Part shown: piece after piece, positions 20,823-29,983 of the stretch
How positions within the stretch are numbered: the first letter of the stretch is position 1
Layout: each line of letters begins with the position of its first letter
DNA from: Anaerolineae bacterium
GTDB taxonomy: Bacteria; Chloroflexota; Anaerolineae; UBA1429
Reading direction: 5' to 3'
Assembly (NCBI GenBank): GCA_963675785.1
Contig: OY776562.1
Coordinates: 96,001-160,000 of the forward strand
Length of the DNA stretch: 64,000 nt
The notes under the pieces: model-generated
What the model was told of the DNA's origin: nothing
Seen by the model: the letters and a program-made list of their open reading frames with translations, nothing else
The model's database searches: none
Made by a program: the position numbers and the translations under genes

Positions 20823-22580
20823 ATGAAGAGCCTGTGGCGTTCGCTGCGTTACCTAAAGCCTTATTGGCTTTTGGCGTTGGCGACACTGATCACTCTGTTT
20901 ATCTCTGTTGGCGGCATGTTGGCCATACCATCATTTGCTCAGCGCCTTGTCGATGAGGGCATCAACGGCGGTGATTTGAATGCTGTTTGGCGCTGGATGA
21001 CGTTCATGATCATTGGTGCCATCATCTATGGCGTTTTTGCATTCTTGCAAGGCGCTCTGGCCGCACGGACGGCGCAAGGTGTGGCGTATGATCTGCGCAA
21101 CGATGTCTATGAAAAGATTCAATCGCTGTCCTTTAGTTACCATGATAAATCACAGACCGGGCAACTGCTGACACGGGCGACCTCGGATGTGGATCGGGTA
21201 CGCATGTTTGTGGGCAGCGGGGCCGTGCAATTCATTAGCGCCATCGTCATCATGGTTGGCACTCTGATGCTCATCTTTTCGGTGAACGCTCGGCTTTCGC
21301 TCATCATGGTAGCAGCCATGCCCTTAACCTTTGGCGTATTTTGGGCCTTTTCTCGGGCGGCCATGCCCCTGTTTAGAACCATCCAGGAGCGTTTGGGCGT
21401 GCTCAATACCATTTTGCAGGAAAATCTGGCCGGTGTGCGCGTTGTCAAGGCTTTTGTTCGTCATGATTATGAGATTGAGCGTTTTGCCGCGGCCAATACG
21501 GATTATTACGACGTCAACGTAGAGGTCAACAACATTCTTTCGCTGGCCTTTCCCACAGTGTTTGGCATTTCTAACCTCATCACATTGTTCGTCTATCTTT
21601 TTGGGGGACAGCAGGTCATTGGCGGGATATTGACCACTGGCGAACTGGTGGCTTTTGCCAGTTACGTGCTGATGGCTTTTTTCCCAGTGCTGCAGTTGGG
21701 CATGATCATCGCCATGGTTTCGCAAGCAGCTGCCTCGGGTGAACGCGTATTCGAGATTCTCGATGCGCGCTCCGAAGTCGAAGAAAAATCGGGTGCTGTC
21801 GAATTGCCACAGGTTGAGGGCCGGGTGAGTTTCGAGGACGTGACCTTTCGCTATGTTTCTAGCGGCGATCCAGTTTTGTGCGGCATTACGCTGGAGGCAG
21901 AACCGGGACAGATGGTGGCTCTGCTGGGTTCTACTGGTTCTGGCAAGTCAACCATCATCAATCTCATCCCTCGCTTTTACGATGTGACAGAAGGGCGCAT
22001 TCTGATCGATGGCTATGACATTCGCGAAGTCACCATCGAGTCGTTACGCCGGCAGATTGGCATTGTGCTGCAAGAGACAAACCTGTTTGAAGGTTCTGTA
22101 CGCGACAACATTGCCTTTGGCAGACCTAATGCTTCGCTAGAAGAGGTTATCGCGGCGGCTCGAGCGGCTGAGGCTGACGAGTTTATCACAGCGTTTGAAC
22201 ATGGCTATGACACCCGTGTTGGCGAGCGTGGAACAACACTTTCGGGTGGCCAAAAGCAGCGTATTGCCATCGCACGCGCGCTTATGCTGGATCCAAGAAT
22301 TCTCATTCTCGATGATGCTACTTCTAGCGTTGATCTATCTACTGAGCTGCGTATTCAAAAAGCGTTGGACAGGCTGATGGCAGGAAGGACCAGTTTCGTC
22401 ATTGCTCAGCGAGTGGCTACAGTGCTGAATGCCGATCAAATTCTAGTGCTCGACGGTGGGCGCATCGCGGCCAAGGGTACTCATGAAGAGCTGCTGAGGG
22501 ATAGCGAGTTGTACGCCGAGATTTATAGCTCGCAGCTTCAGCGGCCAGAAGATAATAGCGACGCGGAGGTCATGCGATGA
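20823..22580 (+). CDS. ABC exporter, fused permease/ATPase (heterodimer subunit A)
   Basis: TM domain plus GSTGSGKS, LSGGQKQR; degenerate Walker B LDDA and switch AQR. Confidence 0.92.
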   Translation: MKSLWRSLRYLKPYWLLALATLITLFISVGGMLAIPSFAQRLVDEGINGGDLNAVWRWMTFMIIGAIIYGVFAFLQGALAARTAQGVAYDLRNDVYEKIQSLSFSYHDKSQTGQLLTRATSDVDRVRMFVGSGAVQFISAIVIMVGTLMLIFSVNARLSLIMVAAMPLTFGVFWAFSRAAMPLFRTIQERLGVLNTILQENLAGVRVVKAFVRHDYEIERFAAANTDYYDVNVEVNNILSLAFPTVFGISNLITLFVYLFGGQQVIGGILTTGELVAFASYVLMAFFPVLQLGMIIAMVSQAAASGERVFEILDARSEVEEKSGAVELPQVEGRVSFEDVTFRYVSSGDPVLCGITLEAEPGQMVALLGSTGSGKSTIINLIPRFYDVTEGRILIDGYDIREVTIESLRRQIGIVLQETNLFEGSVRDNIAFGRPNASLEEVIAAARAAEADEFITAFEHGYDTRVGERGTTLSGGQKQRIAIARALMLDPRILILDDATSSVDLSTELRIQKALDRLMAGRTSFVIAQRVATVLNADQILVLDGGRIAAKGTHEELLRDSELYAEIYSSQLQRPEDNSDAEVMR

Positions 22581-24415
22581 GCTTTCGGAGTGATGTACGA
22601 CACGCCTCGAACTCTTCACATGTAATAAGGCGTTTGTGGCACTATTTCTCGCCTTTTTGGAAGAGATTGGTCGCCCTGTTTTTGCTTTTGATCGTCAGCA
22701 CTGTGGCTGAAGTTGCTTCGCCGTATCTCATCGGTGTGGCCTTGGATGGTTTTATCGACCCTGGGTTGGTTGATCTGCCCGGCTGGTTGCTATGGTTGGC
22801 AGGTGGAGATCCTACTCGGATCGAGGGCCTAGCTATTACGGCAGCCTGTCTTGGCGGCGTATACGCCATAAGCTGGCTGATGAGTGTGGTTCAATTCAGG
22901 CTGATGGTACGCATGTCTCAGCGAGTACTGTTAGATTTGCGAGCAGACATTTTCGACAAAGTACAGCGGCTTTCCCTCTCTTTCTTTGATACCCATGAAG
23001 CCGGCGACCTGATGAGCCGGCTGATCAATGATACACGCGTAATCAATGATGTGTTTGGGCCAGGCATTATGCGCATGCTGCGTATGGCTATGGGCATGAC
23101 GGGCATTTTGGCCACCATGTTCACGCTCAGCTGGCAGCTTTCGCTGGCTTCATTCGCACTGGTTCCTTTTGTGCTGGTACTTACGGTGGTGCTTTCACGC
23201 CGAGTGCGTACTGCCTATCGTGTAACCCGCAAGACCGTGGGTGATGTGAGCGCTGAGCTTCAAGAGAACATCTCTGGCGTGCGTGAGGTGCAGGCTTTTG
23301 CCCGTGAGAATGAGACTTTTGAAGAGTTTCGTGCGGTCAATGCCCGTAACCGCGAAGCGAATGTGCGTGCTGAAACCATCATGGCCGGATTCGGTCCTGC
23401 GCTCAGTGTGCTGAGCACCGTGGCCCAGGCCATGGTGGCCGGTATCGGTGGCTATCTTGTACTAGGTTTTGACCCACCCATAGTTTCCATCGGTTTGATC
23501 GTCTCGTTTGTTACCTATGTGGATCGCTTTTATTCGCCCATCCGCGAGATCGCTCAATTGTGGGGTCAGTTCCAATCGGCCATTGCCGGTGCAGAACGCA
23601 TTTTTGAGCTGCTCGATGAGCCAGAGACCGTGAAGGATGCGCCGGATGCTGTTGAGCTAGGATCAATTCAGGGGCAAATCGCTTATGACGGCATTTGCTT
23701 CTCTTATGTCCCCGAAGAGCCTGTGCTGCAGGATGTCTCGCTCAAGATCGAACCGGGGCAAACAGTGGCTTTTGTGGGGCCCACTGGTGCTGGCAAGACC
23801 ACTATGGTCAACCTGCTCATGCGTTTTTATGATGTGTGCGGCGGGGCGGTTCGAGTGGATGGTCATGATGTGCGTAAAGTAACGCTGGCCAGCTTGCGTT
23901 CGCAGATCGGCATTGTGCTGCAGGATACTTTTCTCTTTTCCGGCACGGTGATGGATAATTTGCGTTACGGCCGACTGGATGCCACTGATGACGAAGTGGT
24001 GGAAGCGGCGCGAGTGGCCAACGCCCACGCCTTTATCGAGCGCTTGCCCGAAGGTTATCAGACCTTGATCGGCGAGCGCGGCTCCAATTTGAGCCAGGGC
24101 AATCGGCAATTGCTCTCCATCGCTCGCGCGGTACTCAATAATCCGCGAATTTTGGTGCTAGACGAGGCCACCAGCTCGGTGGATACGCGCACAGAGCTAC
24201 TCATCCAAGACGCGCTCTCGCGCTTGCTGGATGGCCGTACCAGTCTGGTTATCGCCCATCGCCTCAGCACCATTCGCAGTGCAGATCTCATTGCCGTGAT
24301 CAAAGGGGGACGCATTATCGAATCGGGCAAGCATCAGGAATTGTTGGCCCAGGACGGTGTTTACCACGAGTTGTACATGAGCCAGTTTCGCCGTGAGACT
24401 GACGAACCTGCCTAG
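22577..24415 (+). CDS. ABC exporter, fused permease/ATPase (heterodimer subunit B)
   Basis: GPTGAGKT, LSQGNRQ, LDEATSS, AHRLST; ATGA overlap with subunit A. Confidence 0.92.
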   Translation: MSFRSDVRHASNSSHVIRRLWHYFSPFWKRLVALFLLLIVSTVAEVASPYLIGVALDGFIDPGLVDLPGWLLWLAGGDPTRIEGLAITAACLGGVYAISWLMSVVQFRLMVRMSQRVLLDLRADIFDKVQRLSLSFFDTHEAGDLMSRLINDTRVINDVFGPGIMRMLRMAMGMTGILATMFTLSWQLSLASFALVPFVLVLTVVLSRRVRTAYRVTRKTVGDVSAELQENISGVREVQAFARENETFEEFRAVNARNREANVRAETIMAGFGPALSVLSTVAQAMVAGIGGYLVLGFDPPIVSIGLIVSFVTYVDRFYSPIREIAQLWGQFQSAIAGAERIFELLDEPETVKDAPDAVELGSIQGQIAYDGICFSYVPEEPVLQDVSLKIEPGQTVAFVGPTGAGKTTMVNLLMRFYDVCGGAVRVDGHDVRKVTLASLRSQIGIVLQDTFLFSGTVMDNLRYGRLDATDDEVVEAARVANAHAFIERLPEGYQTLIGERGSNLSQGNRQLLSIARAVLNNPRILVLDEATSSVDTRTELLIQDALSRLLDGRTSLVIAHRLSTIRSADLIAVIKGGRIIESGKHQELLAQDGVYHELYMSQFRRETDEPA

Positions 24416-25227
24416 AGCTGGGCACCCCATTCTTGTTGCAGGCGGCGTACGCTGTATAGCATGCCCAGAGGCAGCCCACCTGCGATGATTTCAAAGGTGA
24501 GCAGTTCCTCATAGCGAATGTCTTTGAGGGCGGACAGAAAAGCTTCCCAATCGATAGTTCCACGGCCAAGGCGTAGGTGTTCGTCGTTCTGGCCGTGGTT
24601 ATCGTGAATATGAATGTTCAGCAAATCCGCGCCAGCGGCACGCACCTCATCAGCGAGGTTGAGGCCGCTGGCGTGTGTGTGTCCTGTATCTAAACAAATG
24701 CCCATCACATCACGATGTGGCGCAATAAAGGTTTTTACTTCCGCAATGGTCGTAGCGGGGCGGGCTGGGTTTCTACTGGGCATGTTTTCCAGAGCCAGTT
24801 TGAGGCCTAACCTGCGTGCTTCCTCGGCCAGTACGGCCATCGATGCCTTGGTTCGCTCACAATCTTGAGCACGTGTTCCTTCTAGATACTCGGCTTTATC
24901 GCGATTGGGGTGCACCACCACGACGCGCGCGCCCAACTCGGCACATTGCCGCAGTGAGGCCAACCCTGTTTCTAGAGCGATGCGCCACAAATCTTTATCT
25001 TCGGCGGCCATGTCCCAGGCAGCTTGGGCGATATGCACCGAATCATAGCGGATGCCGGCCGTATCCAGCTCTATCTTTAGCGCTTTGGGGTTATCAATCC
25101 ATCCATCCAGAGCATCCGGATAAGCACCCGGTTCGATGCGTTGGATGCCCATTTTCTTGAATATCTTGATAGCCATACTGCGCCTGAGTGCATGGAATCC
25201 GCCTGTTGCCATGCCAAAGTTTGTCAT
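24412..25227 (-). CDS. Sugar phosphate isomerase/epimerase (xylose isomerase-like TIM barrel)
   Basis: LALENM, CLDTGH, IHIHDN, DEHLRLGRG, TFEI metal-ligand motifs. Confidence 0.85.
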   Translation of the reverse strand: MTNFGMATGGFHALRRSMAIKIFKKMGIQRIEPGAYPDALDGWIDNPKALKIELDTAGIRYDSVHIAQAAWDMAAEDKDLWRIALETGLASLRQCAELGARVVVVHPNRDKAEYLEGTRAQDCERTKASMAVLAEEARRLGLKLALENMPSRNPARPATTIAEVKTFIAPHRDVMGICLDTGHTHASGLNLADEVRAAGADLLNIHIHDNHGQNDEHLRLGRGTIDWEAFLSALKDIRYEELLTFEIIAGGLPLGMLYSVRRLQQEWGAQL

Positions 25228-25318
25228 AATTGTCTCATCCCCCTCTACATTAGGGTCACATTATATATAACCTGGTGAGAATGGGTATTTCAACGGATGC
25301 TTCTCAGTTTTTATCCTG

Positions 25319-25348
25319 TTGACATAAGATAAGACCATCTGCTATGAT
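25319..25348 (+). promoter_or_regulatory. sigma70 promoter for the small DUF1059-like gene
   Basis: TTGACA-18 bp-TATGAT with extended TG. Confidence 0.65.
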
Positions 25349-25435
25349 AAGAGTGTTGATGAGACAAACTTTCAATTGCCCTGTGGTATCTTGGGCAATT
25401 GATATCGTGTTTGTTTTGATAACAAGGAGGTTATC

Positions 25436-25594
25436 ATGGCAGAGTATTCAGTAACTTGTCCGGCGTGCGGTGGCACGCTTCACGCTCATAGCGAGGCCGA
25501 GATCATCAAAATGACCAAGGAACATGCCAAGGAGCACCACGATATGGTGCTGACGGACGACAAAGTCAAAGAGATGATTCAAAAGAGTAAATAG
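25436..25594 (+). CDS. Small DUF1059-like metal-binding protein, 52 aa (not in ORF track)
   Basis: MAEYSVTCPACGGTLHAHSEAEIIKMTKEHAKEHHDMVLTDDKVKEMIQKSK; AAGGAGG SD, own promoter and terminator. Confidence 0.85.
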   Translation: MAEYSVTCPACGGTLHAHSEAEIIKMTKEHAKEHHDMVLTDDKVKEMIQKSK

Positions 25595-25605
25595 AAAAAC
25601 TCATG

Positions 25606-25651
25606 AAACAGAGTGGGGCAGCAAGCGATAGCGGGCTGCCCCACTCTGTTT
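25606..25651 (+). terminator. Terminator after the DUF1059-like gene
   Basis: AAACAGAGTGGGGCAGC/GCTGCCCCACTCTGTTT 17-bp stem. Confidence 0.7.
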
Positions 25652-25670
25652 ATATAGAGGAGGTATTTGC

Positions 25671-27047
25671 ATGGTTGTCAAGCATTATGATGTCATCGTC
25701 GTTGGGTCGGGCAGTGGGGCAGCGATTGTAGATGCGGCTTTGTCTCATGATATGTCTGTCGCACTTGTGGAAAAGGATCAGCCTGGGGGCACTTGCCCCA
25801 ATGTGGGGTGTATCCCCTCTAAAATGCTGGTTGCTCCGGCAGATCGGGTGATGGAGATCGAAGAGGCGCGCAATATGGGGCTTGTGGCTAGCGTTGAGCG
25901 AGTTGATTGGCCGGCTATCATGGGCCGTATGCGCGATGTGCGGCGAGAGAATCAGGAGCATATGCAAGATGCTCTGAACCATGCACCTAGCCTGGATTAT
26001 TATCACGGCATAGCCCACTTTATCGACAAGGCAACGCTAGAGGTGGATGGAACCCATCTGAGCGGCAAAACGATCTATCTGGTGGCTGGTGTTCGCCCTT
26101 CCATTCCGCCCATCGAGGGTCTCGACAAGGTCGATTATTTGACCAACGAGAATGTGTTCGACCTCGAAGAACAACCTCGTTCCATCATCATTGTGGGCGG
26201 TGGCTATATTGCCAGTGAGTTTGCCCACTTTTTTGCGGCTATGGGCACACGCGTCACTATCGTGGGGCGTAACACGCGCCTTGTGCCACAAGAGGATACA
26301 GAGGTTTCTGAGCTGCTTAAAGAGCGTTTGAGCGAACGGATGCTGATCCATACCCATGCCGAAGCAATCCGCGTGGTTCGCTCTGGAACTGAGCTCATCC
26401 TTACCGCTCGCGACCTCGATAACTGTCAAACCTTTGAGGCTCATGGCGAGGCCTTGTTAGTTGCTGCTGGGCGCACCTCGAATGCGGATCTGCTCGAGGT
26501 GGAAAAAGCAGGTGTAAGGGTTGACAGGCACGGTTTTATTCAAGTGGACAAGTATTTACGGACTAGCAATCCTAATATCTGGACTTTTGGCGACATTACC
26601 GGGCGGCATATGTACAAGCACGCGGCCAATCGCGAGGCCATTTATGCCTGGCATAATAGCCAAAATGAGGAAAAGGTGGCCATGCATTTTGGCGCTATGC
26701 CCAGCGCGGTATTTACTTGGCCTCAGATTGCTTCTATAGGTCTGCGGGAGAAGGATATTCGTCCGGATCAGCACGTGCATATCGGACGAGCCTATTATGC
26801 CGATGTTGCCAAGGGTATGGCCATGGGTGTGCAGTACGGCTTTGCCAAGGCACTGGTGGATGGCAAAAGCGGACGAATTCTGGGTTTCCATATCATTGGT
26901 CCAGAGGCATCCACACTGATTCAAGAAGTGATCAACGTCATGGCCAGACGTGGCACGGTGGAGGATATTGATGCCGGTTTACATATTCACCCGGCTATGC
27001 CCGAACTGGTTCTGACGGCATTGGGGAATGCCATGCATATTCACTGA
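25671..27047 (+). CDS. Flavoprotein disulfide reductase (dihydrolipoamide dehydrogenase/mycothione reductase family)
   Basis: GSGSG FAD motif, GGTCPNVGCIPSK redox disulfide, GGGYIASE, HIHPAMPE. Confidence 0.88.
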   Translation: MVVKHYDVIVVGSGSGAAIVDAALSHDMSVALVEKDQPGGTCPNVGCIPSKMLVAPADRVMEIEEARNMGLVASVERVDWPAIMGRMRDVRRENQEHMQDALNHAPSLDYYHGIAHFIDKATLEVDGTHLSGKTIYLVAGVRPSIPPIEGLDKVDYLTNENVFDLEEQPRSIIIVGGGYIASEFAHFFAAMGTRVTIVGRNTRLVPQEDTEVSELLKERLSERMLIHTHAEAIRVVRSGTELILTARDLDNCQTFEAHGEALLVAAGRTSNADLLEVEKAGVRVDRHGFIQVDKYLRTSNPNIWTFGDITGRHMYKHAANREAIYAWHNSQNEEKVAMHFGAMPSAVFTWPQIASIGLREKDIRPDQHVHIGRAYYADVAKGMAMGVQYGFAKALVDGKSGRILGFHIIGPEASTLIQEVINVMARRGTVEDIDAGLHIHPAMPELVLTALGNAMHIH

Positions 27048-27516
27048 GGGTAGAGTGTTTTGTGCGAGGTTGTAGTAGCTCTATTTATTGTCAACGAGCA
27101 CATGCTGAAACGATTTTTTGAGCATATCTACATCCACGCGGTCAGCCTATTGATCAGAAGCAGGATATATTGGCCTTGTGTTGCCCAATCTGGTCAATAT
27201 ATCTGCGTAGGTCTTGCTAAGATAAGATTACGTTTGCGTGGAAAAAGCCTAGCTGGAACCATTCACTCTGGCGGCTGGTTGCATAGATAAAGGGGTTAGA
27301 ACCAAACCCATGATATTGTCACTCCACATAGCGGGCTCTTGCCTAGAATATGCGCACCAGCGCTAGAATCGCCTAGCTGTCTCAGCGTTTTTGCTCGTCG
27401 GCGTCAATATGAATAAAGGCCTCGGACCGGCTTTATTCTTTTGAGTTGACACACTGCTTGCGCCCAATTGTCGGGTAGCATCAAAGACTTGATCGGGGTG
27501 TTGCAATAAAGAGAAG

Positions 27517-27599
27517 TAGGGCGGGAGGGGGTCGAACCCTCACGGTGTTACCACCAGCGGATTTTAAGTCCGAAGCGTCTGCCATTTCGCCACCGCCCC
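27517..27599 (-). tRNA. tRNA-Leu (anticodon UAA), CCA not encoded
   Basis: GGGGCGGTGGCGAAATGGCAGACGCTTCGGAC-TTAAAA-TCCG...GGGTTCGACCCCC-TCCCGCCCTA; long variable arm. Confidence 0.95.
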
Positions 27600-27608
27600 A
27601 TGAACTCT

Positions 27609-27637
27609 ATGTTAGGTCTTGGCGCCTCTGATGTCAA
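27609..27637 (-). promoter_or_regulatory. tRNA-Leu promoter
   Basis: TTGACA-17 bp-TAACAT on the minus strand, ending 9 nt before the tRNA. Confidence 0.65.
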
Positions 27638-27710
27638 AAGAGCAGTGCCCCAAGTTGGCGGGTGAGTATCGTCTCGCTAGAATAGGTAAACATTGTGTTG
27701 GAGGTAGCGA

Positions 27711-28850
27711 GTGCGCGTTCTTCTGGTTTCCAAGGCTTGTGTGGTAGGCGCCTATCAAACCAAACTAGAGGCCATTGCCCGTGATCCAGATATCGAGCTG
27801 ACCGTTGTTGTGCCGCCTTCTTGGCGGGAGAAAGGGAACACCCTGACGCTGGAGCGCGTTCATACGCAGGGTTATGAACTGCGGATCGAACCCATTCGCT
27901 TCAATGGTCAATTTCATCTGTTCTATTTCCCGCATCTCGGTCGTTTGATTCGCCAGCTTCGGCCCGATGTTGTTCATATCGACGAAGAGCCGTATAACCT
28001 GGCCACCTATTTAGCTGTTCGTGCGGCTAAACGCAGTGGGGCAAGCGTTGCCGCCTTTACCTGGCAAAACCTCAATCGTGCTTATCCCTGGCCTTTTGCC
28101 GGGTTTGAGCGTTATGTGTATGCCACCGTGGATGCCATCATTGCCGGCAACCATCAAGCAGTGGATGTGCTGAGAGCCAAGGGTTATATGGGGAGTGCGC
28201 CGGTAATTCCTCAGTTTGGCGTTGATGAACTGCATTTCGCCCCACAGCTTCGTGCATTGCGTCCTTTTACTATTGGCTATGCTGGCCGGCTGGTCGAATC
28301 CAAAGGGTTGGACACGCTCATGCAGGCACTGGAGTGTCTTACGGGTGACTGGCGGTTGTTAGTGGTTGGTTCGGGGGAGATGGCCACGAATATCGAATCT
28401 TGGGCACAAGAACGGGGGCTGGCTGAACGCATTGAGCTGCGTTCGCGGGTACCTTCCACTGAGATGCCCGAGGTGTATAACGAGATGGATGTGCTGGTGT
28501 TGCCTTCACGAACGACAACCAACTGGATGGAACAGTTTGGCCGGGTGCTTACGGAAGCTATGAGTTGTGAGGTGCCGGTGGTGGGCTCAGATTCGGGCGA
28601 GATCCCCAATGTAATTGGCGATGCTGGCCTAATATTCCCCGAAGGGGATGCTGCTGGATTGGCCGAGCGCTTGCAGCGACTAAAGAGTGATCGTTTATTT
28701 GCCGATTCGTTAGGCCATGCCGGGCGGGAGCGTGTTTTGCAATATTATACCCAGGATAGTATTGCACGGCAGACTGCGGCTGTCTATCGCGGCTTGAACG
28801 AAGCCAGCGGCCTTGTTGGTCTGGATGAACGTGGTATAATCGCCTCGTGA
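27711..28850 (+). CDS. Glycosyltransferase family 4
   Basis: YAGRLVESKG, EQFGRVLTEAMSCEVPVV; GGAGG SD, GTG start. Confidence 0.9.
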   Translation: MRVLLVSKACVVGAYQTKLEAIARDPDIELTVVVPPSWREKGNTLTLERVHTQGYELRIEPIRFNGQFHLFYFPHLGRLIRQLRPDVVHIDEEPYNLATYLAVRAAKRSGASVAAFTWQNLNRAYPWPFAGFERYVYATVDAIIAGNHQAVDVLRAKGYMGSAPVIPQFGVDELHFAPQLRALRPFTIGYAGRLVESKGLDTLMQALECLTGDWRLLVVGSGEMATNIESWAQERGLAERIELRSRVPSTEMPEVYNEMDVLVLPSRTTTNWMEQFGRVLTEAMSCEVPVVGSDSGEIPNVIGDAGLIFPEGDAAGLAERLQRLKSDRLFADSLGHAGRERVLQYYTQDSIARQTAAVYRGLNEASGLVGLDERGIIAS

Positions 28851-29983
28851 AAAGCTTCCGTGTTGGCTTGAATGCCCATTTGCTATCGCAGAGTCAATCC
28901 TATCGACAGGCCGGTGTGAGTCGTTACATACATGGCCTGCTTGATTATTTGCCACTGGTCGACCCGACGCTCGATTTCCATGCTTATCTTGGCCAGAGCC
29001 ATGATGCCTTTCTTGGTTGGACGACGCATCATGCGGCAGATTGGACATCTACGAATCCTGCGGGGCGTATTCTTTGGGAGCAGACTGTGTTACCGGGGCA
29101 GACTCAACGCGACCGACTGGACCTTCTTCACGTCCCAGTGAATATTGCGCCTTTGTCTCACCACGGGGCCCTAGTAGCAACGATTCACGATCTGACTTTT
29201 ATGCGCTTTCCAGAAGCGTTCAAGCCAGAACGCCGTTTTTATCAGACTCAGTTTACGCGTTGTACGGCCAAACGAGCCGACAAGATCATTACGGGCTCTG
29301 GTACGAGCTACAATGATCTTGTTGAGCTACTGAATGTGCCGCCAGAGCGCATTGCTCTTGTGCCCGATGGCATCGACCCTCGGCTAGCGCGGGCGTCGCA
29401 AGCAGAGATCGAACGGTTTCGTGCTCAAAAAGAGTTGCCGGAGAGATTCTTTCTGTATGTAGGTACGCTTGAACCGCGCAAGAATCTCCCCTTCTTGTTA
29501 GAGGCTTATGCGCTGGCTTGCCGAGAGTTGCCGGCAGGCCACAAGCTGGTTCTGGCCGGAGGCAAAGGTTGGTACTATGAAGCGGTTTATGCGGCTGTAG
29601 AGCGCCTCGGCCTGAGTAAACGGGTTATCTTGCCAGGTTTTGTGCCTGATGAGGAATTAGCACTTTGGTATTCGGCGGCCGAGGTATTTGTTTACGCTTC
29701 GCTGTATGAAGGATTTGGTTTACCTCCGTTGGAGGCTATGGCCTGCGGCACGCCAGCTATTGTCTCTGATACCCCGGCTTTGTGCGAAGTCGTTGCTGAT
29801 GCGGGATTGATTGTTGGCACCGGGGATGTTGAGGCTATGGCCAGCGCTATGGTCAGTCTCGATCAGGATTTTGAACTGAGAGCCAGGCTCACTCACGCTT
29901 CTTTGAAAAGAGCCAGCCTCTATTCGTGGGAACGTACTGCCCGAGAGACCGCAGCAGTATACCGCACCATTCTTGGAGAATAA
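28847..29983 (+). CDS. Glycosyltransferase family 4 (group 1)
   Basis: TIHDL, VGTLEPRKN, EGFGLPPLEAMACG. Confidence 0.9.
   Translation: MKSFRVGLNAHLLSQSQSYRQAGVSRYIHGLLDYLPLVDPTLDFHAYLGQSHDAFLGWTTHHAADWTSTNPAGRILWEQTVLPGQTQRDRLDLLHVPVNIAPLSHHGALVATIHDLTFMRFPEAFKPERRFYQTQFTRCTAKRADKIITGSGTSYNDLVELLNVPPERIALVPDGIDPRLARASQAEIERFRAQKELPERFFLYVGTLEPRKNLPFLLEAYALACRELPAGHKLVLAGGKGWYYEAVYAAVERLGLSKRVILPGFVPDEELALWYSAAEVFVYASLYEGFGLPPLEAMACGTPAIVSDTPALCEVVADAGLIVGTGDVEAMASAMVSLDQDFELRARLTHASLKRASLYSWERTARETAAVYRTILGE

Noticed and set aside
27060-27290. 76-aa ORF in the gap before tRNA-Leu
   Set aside because: TTG start with only a weak SD, no recognisable motifs, and it overlaps an inverted repeat; unsupported.
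27517-27599. Genomic island integrated at tRNA-Leu
   Set aside because: No integrase and no duplicated tRNA 3' end seen in the window.
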